A DNA stretch of 64,000 nucleotides. Source: the human T2T-CHM13v2.0 reference genome, Homo sapiens. Positions 56,739 through 64,000 of the stretch are shown one piece after another. Made by a program: the position numbers and the translations under genes. The notes under the pieces are model-generated. The model had not been told where the DNA came from. It saw only the letters and a list, made by a program, of their open reading frames with translations, and did no database searches. The stretch is taken from the NCBI RefSeq assembly GCF_009914755.1, contig NC_060948.1; one strand, given 5' to 3'. Numbering within the stretch: the first letter of the stretch is position 1; each line of letters opens with the position of its first letter.

Positions 56739-59700
56739 AAATCGCATAGAATGGAGTGGAATCAAATGGAATTGAATCGAAAGGAAAGGAAGCGAATGGA
56801 CTGAAATGAAATGGAATGGAATTGAATGGAAAGTAAAGCAATGGAATAGAATGGAACGAAATTTCACGGAATGGAATCAAACTGAATGGAATCAAATCAA
56901 TGGAATATAATCAAATGGAATGGAAAGGAATTGAATGGAGTAGATGGGATTGGATGGGATTGGAATGAAATGTACTGGAAAGGACTCGAATTTCATGAAA
57001 CGGAATGGAATGAATTGGAACGGAATGGACTCGAATGGAATGGAATGTCATGGAATGGCATCAAATGGAATGGAATCGAATGCAATGGAATGCTATGGAA
57101 TGGAATGGAATGCATTGGAATGGAATGTCCTCTAATGGAATGGATTCGAGTGGAATGGAATCGAATATAATGGAGTCGAATGAAATGGAATTGAAAGGAA
57201 TGGGATCGAATACAATGGAATATACTGGAATGTAATGTAATGAACTCGAATGTAATTGACTGGAATGGAATGTACATGAATGGAATGTAATCGAATGGAA
57301 AGTAATCCAATGGAATAGAATCTAATGCAAGAAAATCGACTCAGATAGAGTAGAATGTAATGGAATGGAGTGCAGTGCAATGGAATGGAATGGAATGGAA
57401 TGCAATGGAATGGAATGGAATGGGATGGAATGGTATGGAATGGATAGTAATGGACTGGAGTGAAATGGACTGGAAAGGAATGGACTCAAATTGAAAGGGC
57501 TCGAAAGGAATGGAGTCAAATGGAATGGTCTGGAATGGAATGAACACGAATGTAATGCAATCCAATAGAATGGAATCGAATGGCATGGAATATAAAGAAA
57601 TGGAATCGAAGAGAATGGAAACAAACGGAATGGAATTGAATGGAATGGAATTGAATGGAATGGGAACGAATGGAGTGAAATTGTATGCAGTAGAAGAGAA
57701 TAGAATGGAATGCAAGCGAAAGGAAAGGAATGGATTGGAATGGAATGGAATTCATTGGAATGGAAGGGAATGTAGTGTAATGGACAGGCCTGGAATAAAG
57801 TGGAATGCTACGGTCTCGAATGGAATAAAAATGTATGGAATGGAATGCAATGAAACGGAATCGAATGTCATAGAATGTAATGGAATGCAAAAAAATGGAC
57901 TCCAAAATCATTGACTGGAAAGGCTGGGTGTCGAAAGGAATTGACTCCAATGGAATGGAATCGAATGGAATGGAAGTGAATAGAATCGAACTAAATCGAA
58001 TGGAATGGAATTGATAGGAACGGAATGGAAAGGAATGAAATGATTTAGCATGGAATGGAATCGAATGGCATCGAATGGAATGGAATGGAATGCAATGCAA
58101 TGGAATGTATTAGAATGTAATGAACTTTAATGGAATGTACTCGAATGGATTCGACTGGAATGGAATGTTCTGGAAGTGAATGGACTCCAATGGAATGGAT
58201 TGAAAAGGAATGGAATCGTACGGAATGGAATCTAATGGAATGGAATTAAATGGAAATGAATGAAATTGAATAGCACGGAATTGAATTGAATGGAATCGAA
58301 TGCAATGGAATCTAATGAAACGGAAAGGAAAGGAATGGAATGGAATGGAATGGGCTGGAATGGAAAGGAATCGAAACGAATGGAATGGAATCGAACTGAA
58401 GAGACTGGAATGGAATGCACTGGAATGGAAGGGAGTGTAATGGAAGATTCTCGAAAAAAATGGAATTGAATGGAATGGAATTGAATGGAACGGAATAGAG
58501 TCGAATGGAATTGAATGGAATGGAATGGACTAGAGTGAAATGGAATCGAACCACAAGGAATGGACAGGAATAGAATGGTCTCGAATTGAATGGAATCGTA
58601 TGGAATGGCATCAAACGGAATGGAATGGACAGCCACGGAATGGAATGCACTCGAATGCAATGGAGTCGAAACTAATGGACTGGAATAGAATGGACTCGAC
58701 TGGTACGGACTCCAATGGAATGGAATCGAATGGAAGGGAATCGAACGGAATGGACTCGAAGGGAAAAGACTGCAATGGAAAGGTCTCGAATGGAATGGAA
58801 ATTAATGGAATGGAATGGAATCGAATGAAATGGAGTCAAAAGGAATGGAATCGAATGGCAAGAAATCGAATGTAATGGAATCGCAAGGAATTGATGTGAA
58901 CGGAACGGAATGGAATGGAATCCAAAGAAATGGAATAGAATGGAATGGAATCGAATGGAAAGAACTCGAATGGAAATCACTCGAATAGAATGCAATTTAA
59001 TAAAATAGGATGAAATGTAATGGAATGGAATGGAAAGGAATCGAAACGAAAGGAATGGAGACAGATGGAATGGAATGGAACAGAGAGAAATGGTATAGAA
59101 TGGAATGGAATCATCTGGAATGGAATTGAATGGAATGGAATAATATGAAATGGAATGGAATGGAATGGAATGCCCTTGAATTAAATGGACTGGAATGGAA
59201 TGGACTCGAACAGAGTGTAATGGAATGTGTTGAGATAGAATGGAATGGACTCCTTTGGAATGGTCTAGTATGCAATGCAATGGACTGGCAGGGAATCAAA
59301 AGGAATGTAATCGAATGGATTGGACTGGAATGCAATGGACTCGAATAGATTGGAAACGGAATGCAAAGGAATGGAATGGAATAGTATGGAATGGAATGGA
59401 AAGGAATGGAGTGGAATAGACTAGAGTGGAATGGAATGGACTCGAAAGCAATGGACTGGAATGGAACTTTCTTGAATGGACTGGAATCAAACGGAATGGA
59501 ATGCAATGCAATCAAATGGCATGGAATAAAATAGAATGAAAGAGAATCAAATGGAATTGAATCGAATGCAATCGAATGGATTGGAAAGGAATAGAATGGA
59601 ATGGAATGGAATTGACTCAAATGGAATGGACTAGAATGGAATGGATTCGAATGGAAGGCAAAGGAATGGAATCTATTGGAATGGACAGCAATGGAATGGA

Positions 59701-60258
59701 AAGGAAGGGATTGGAATGGACTCGAATGGAATGGACTGCAATAGAAAGGATTCGAATGGAATGAAAAAGAATTGAATGGAATAGAACAGAATGGAATCAA
59801 ATCGAATGAAATGGAATGGAATAGAAAGGAATGGAATGAAATGGAATGGAAAGGATTCGAATGGAATGCAATCGAATGGAATGGAATCGAACGGAATGGA
59901 ATAAAATGGAAGAAAACTGGCAAGAAATGGAATCGAAATGAATGGAGTGTTATGGAACGGACTCCAAAGGAATTGAATGTAATAGAATGGAGTGGAGTGG
60001 ACTCGAATATAATGGACTGGAATGGAATGAAATCACAATGGAATGGGAACGAATGGAATGGAATGGAAAGGAATGGAATCGAATGGAAAGGAATCGAATG
60101 GAAGGGAATGAAATTGAATCAACAGGAATGGAAGGGAATAGAATAGACGGTAATGGAATGGACTCGAATAGAATGGACACGAATGCTCAAATTGAATGGA
60201 CTCGAATGGAATGGAAACGAAAGGAATGTCATCGAATGGAATTGAATCGATTGGAATG
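56739..60258 (+). repeat. DYZ1 unit U17, 3520 bp (1-bp insertion)
   Basis: Landmark spacing 56886->60406; ATCACAATGG instead of ATCACATGG near 60037. Confidence 0.92.
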
Positions 60259-63200
60259 AAATCGCATAGAATGGAGTGGAATCAAATGGAATTGAATCGA
60301 AAGGAAAGGAAGCGAATGGACTGAAATGAAATGGAATGGAATTGAATGGAAAGTAAAGCAATGGAATAGAATGGAACGAAATTTCACGGAATGGAATCAA
60401 ACTGAATGGAATCAAATCAATGGAATATAATCAAATGGAATGGAAAGGAATTGAATGGAGTAGATGGGATTGGATGGGATTGGAATGAAATGTACTGGAA
60501 AGGACTCGAATTTCATGAAACGGAATGGAATGAATTGGAACGGAATGGACTCGAATGGAATGGAATGTCATGGAATGGCATCAAATGGAATGGAATCGAA
60601 TGCAATGGAATGCTATGGAATGGAATGGAATGCATTGGAATGGAATGTCCTCTAATGGAATGGATTCGAGTGGAATGGAATCGAATATAATGGAGTCGAA
60701 TGAAATGGAATTGAAAGGAATGGGATCGAATACAATGGAATATACTGGAATGTAATGTAATGAACTCGAATGTAATTGACTGGAATGGAATGTACATGAA
60801 TGGAATGTAATCGAATGGAAAGTAATCCAATGGAATAGAATCTAATGCAAGAAAATCGACTCAGATAGAGTAGAATGTAATGGAATGGAGTGCAGTGCAA
60901 TGGAATGGAATGGAATGGAATGCAATGGAATGGAATGGAATGGGATGGAATGGTATGGAATGGATAGTAATGGACTGGAGTGAAATGGACTGGAAAGGAA
61001 TGGACTCAAATTGAAAGGGCTCGAAAGGAATGGAGTCAAATGGAATGGTCTGGAATGGAATGAACACGAATGTAATGCAATCCAATAGAATGGAATCGAA
61101 TGGCATGGAATATAAAGAAATGGAATCGAAGAGAATGGAAACAAACGGAATGGAATTGAATGGAATGGAATTGAATGGAATGGGAACGAATGGAGTGAAA
61201 TTGTATGCAGTAGAAGAGAATAGAATGGAATGCAAGCGAAAGGAAAGGAATGGATTGGAATGGAATGGAATTCATTGGAATGGAAGGGAATGTAGTGTAA
61301 TGGACAGGCCTGGAATAAAGTGGAATGCTACGGTCTCGAATGGAATAAAAATGTATGGAATGGAATGCAATGAAACGGAATCGAATGTCATAGAATGTAA
61401 TGGAATGCAAAAAAATGGACTCCAAAATCATTGACTGGAAAGGCTGGGTGTCGAAAGGAATTGACTCCAATGGAATGGAATCGAATGGAATGGAAGTGAA
61501 TAGAATCGAACTAAATCGAATGGAATGGAATTGATAGGAACGGAATGGAAAGGAATGAAATGATTTAGCATGGAATGGAATCGAATGGCATCGAATGGAA
61601 TGGAATGGAATGCAATGCAATGGAATGTATTAGAATGTAATGAACTTTAATGGAATGTACTCGAATGGATTCGACTGGAATGGAATGTTCTGGAAGTGAA
61701 TGGACTCCAATGGAATGGATTGAAAAGGAATGGAATCGTACGGAATGGAATCTAATGGAATGGAATTAAATGGAAATGAATGAAATTGAATAGCACGGAA
61801 TTGAATTGAATGGAATCGAATGCAATGGAATCTAATGAAACGGAAAGGAAAGGAATGGAATGGAATGGAATGGGCTGGAATGGAAAGGAATCGAAACGAA
61901 TGGAATGGAATCGAACTGAAGAGACTGGAATGGAATGCACTGGAATGGAAGGGAGTGTAATGGAAGATTCTCGAAAAAAATGGAATTGAATGGAATGGAA
62001 TTGAATGGAACGGAATAGAGTCGAATGGAATTGAATGGAATGGAATGGACTAGAGTGAAATGGAATCGAACCACAAGGAATGGACAGGAATAGAATGGTC
62101 TCGAATTGAATGGAATCGTATGGAATGGCATCAAACGGAATGGAATGGACAGCCACGGAATGGAATGCACTCGAATGCAATGGAGTCGAAACTAATGGAC
62201 TGGAATAGAATGGACTCGACTGGTACGGACTCCAATGGAATGGAATCGAATGGAAGGGAATCGAACGGAATGGACTCGAAGGGAAAAGACTGCAATGGAA
62301 AGGTCTCGAATGGAATGGAAATTAATGGAATGGAATGGAATCGAATGAAATGGAGTCAAAAGGAATGGAATCGAATGGCAAGAAATCGAATGTAATGGAA
62401 TCGCAAGGAATTGATGTGAACGGAACGGAATGGAATGGAATCCAAAGAAATGGAATAGAATGGAATGGAATCGAATGGAAAGAACTCGAATGGAAATCAC
62501 TCGAATAGAATGCAATTTAATAAAATAGGATGAAATGTAATGGAATGGAATGGAAAGGAATCGAAACGAAAGGAATGGAGACAGATGGAATGGAATGGAA
62601 CAGAGAGAAATGGTATAGAATGGAATGGAATCATCTGGAATGGAATTGAATGGAATGGAATAATATGAAATGGAATGGAATGGAATGGAATGCCCTTGAA
62701 TTAAATGGACTGGAATGGAATGGACTCGAACAGAGTGGAATGGAATGTGTTGAGATAGAATGGAATGGACTCCTTTGGAATGGTCTAGTATGCAATGCAA
62801 TGGACTGGCAGGGAATCAAAAGGAATGTAATCGAATGGATTGGACTGGAATGCAATGGACTCGAATAGATTGGAAACGGAATGCAAAGGAATGGAATGGA
62901 ATAGTATGGAATGGAATGGAAAGGAATGGAGTGGAATAGACTAGAGTGGAATGGAATGGACTCGAAAGCAATGGACTGGAATGGAACTTTCTTGAATGGA
63001 CTGGAATCAAACGGAATGGAATGCAATGCAATCAAATGGCATGGAATAAAATAGAATGAAAGAGAATCAAATGGAATTGAATCGAATGCAATCGAATGGA
63101 TTGGAAAGGAATAGAATGGAATGGAATGGAATTGACTCAAATGGAATGGACTAGAATGGAATGGATTCGAATGGAAGGCAAAGGAATGGAATCTATTGGA

Positions 63201-63777
63201 ATGGACAGCAATGGAATGGAAAGGAAGGGATTGGAATGGACTCGAATGGAATGGACTGCAATAGAAAGGATTCGAATGGAATGAAAAAGAATTGAATGGA
63301 ATAGAACAGAATGGAATCAAATCGAATGAAATGGAATGGAATAGAAAGGAATGGAATGAAATGGAATGGAAAGGATTCGAATGGAATGCAATCGAATGGA
63401 ATGGAATCGAACGGAATGGAATAAAATGGAAGAAAACTGGCAAGAAATGGAATCGAAATGAATGGAGTGTTATGGAACGGACTCCAAAGGAATTGAATGT
63501 AATAGAATGGAGTGGAGTGGACTCGAATATAATGGACTGGAATGGAATGAAATCACATGGAATGGGAACGAATGGAATGGAATGGAAAGGAATGGAATCG
63601 AATGGAAAGGAATCGAATGGAAGGGAATGAAATTGAATCAACAGGAATGGAAGGGAATAGAATAGACGGTAATGGAATGGACTCGAATAGAATGGACACG
63701 AATGCTCAAATTGAATGGACTCGAATGGAATGGAAACGAAAGGAATGTCATCGAATGGAATTGAATCGATTGGAATG
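60259..63777 (+). repeat. DYZ1 unit U18, 3519 bp, near copy of U17
   Basis: ORF 60119..60415 recurs at 63638..63934. Confidence 0.92.
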
Positions 63778-64000
63778 AAATCGCATAGAATGGAGTGGAA
63801 TCAAATGGAATTGAATCGAAAGGAAAGGAAGCGAATGGACTGAAATGAAATGGAATGGAATTGAATGGAAAGTAAAGCAATGGAATAGAATGGAACGAAA
63901 TTTCACGGAATGGAATCAAACTGAATGGAATCAAATCAATGGAATATAATCAAATGGAATGGAAAGGAATTGAATGGAGTAGATGGGATTGGATGGGATT
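63778..64000 (+). repeat. DYZ1 unit U19, partial (truncated by window end)
   Basis: AAATCGCATAGAATGG restarts at 63778. Confidence 0.9.

Larger units (their letters stand above)
1..64000 (+). repeat. DYZ1: Human satellite 3, Y-specific DYZ1 (HSat3A6) tandem array; GGAAT-rich strand on +; 18 full ~3.5-3.6 kb units plus a partial unit
   Basis: Seen: diverged GGAAT pentamers throughout. Landmarks recur every 3519-3604 bp (e.g. ORF 'MESNQW' at 148, 3722, 7256 ... 60406). There is one GAATTC and one AGGCCT per unit. Established: DYZ1 is a ~3.5-kb pentamer-based unit released by HaeIII/EcoRI. TTGAATGGAATGGGAACGAATGG (968-990) and GGACAGGCCTGGAATAAAGTGGA (1099-1121) match, from memory, the classic DYZ1 Y1.2/Y1.1 sexing primers. 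Confidence 0.96.

Noticed and set aside
1-64000. CRISPR-like or repeat-spacer coding system
   Set aside because: There are no unique spacers and no associated genes. The units are near-identical head-to-tail satellite copies.
1-64000. DYZ2 (HSat1B/Alu) block, Alu/L1 insertion or strand inversion
   Set aside because: None seen; unit landmark spacing accounts for every base and no (ATTCC)n tract appears on the + strand.
1-64000. HSat2 or chr9/acrocentric HSat3 assignment
   Set aside because: It lacks the CATTCGATTC/GATGAT-type 23-26 bp HSat2 organisation, and the 3.5-kb period and EcoRI/HaeIII landmarks fit DYZ1.

Overview
The whole 64-kb window is one uninterrupted, single-orientation array of human satellite 3 made of diverged (GGAAT)n pentamers. 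These are organised into 18 complete units of about 3.5-3.6 kb plus the start of a 19th. Unit size, one EcoRI and one HaeIII/StuI site per unit, and diagnostic internal sequence identify it as the Y-chromosome Yq12 DYZ1 repeat (HSat3A6). I found no genes, RNA genes, transposons, DYZ2/Alu blocks or inversions; every ORF in the track is a translation of the pentamer (MEWNG / FHSIP). Unit lengths in order are 3574, 3534 x5, 3574 x2, 3519 x3, 3574, 3573, 3519, 3604, 3519, 3520, 3519. They are explained by 15-, 30- and 40-bp pentamer-phase copy-number variants plus two 1-bp indels. The most notable observations are (i) three perfect three-unit heat-shock elements (nGAAnnTTCnnGAAn) per unit with invariant cores, plus a variant that creates a fourth in three units, and (ii) a readable history of unit duplication, chimerism and possible nascent higher-order structure. 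I cannot support a new gene-based system here.
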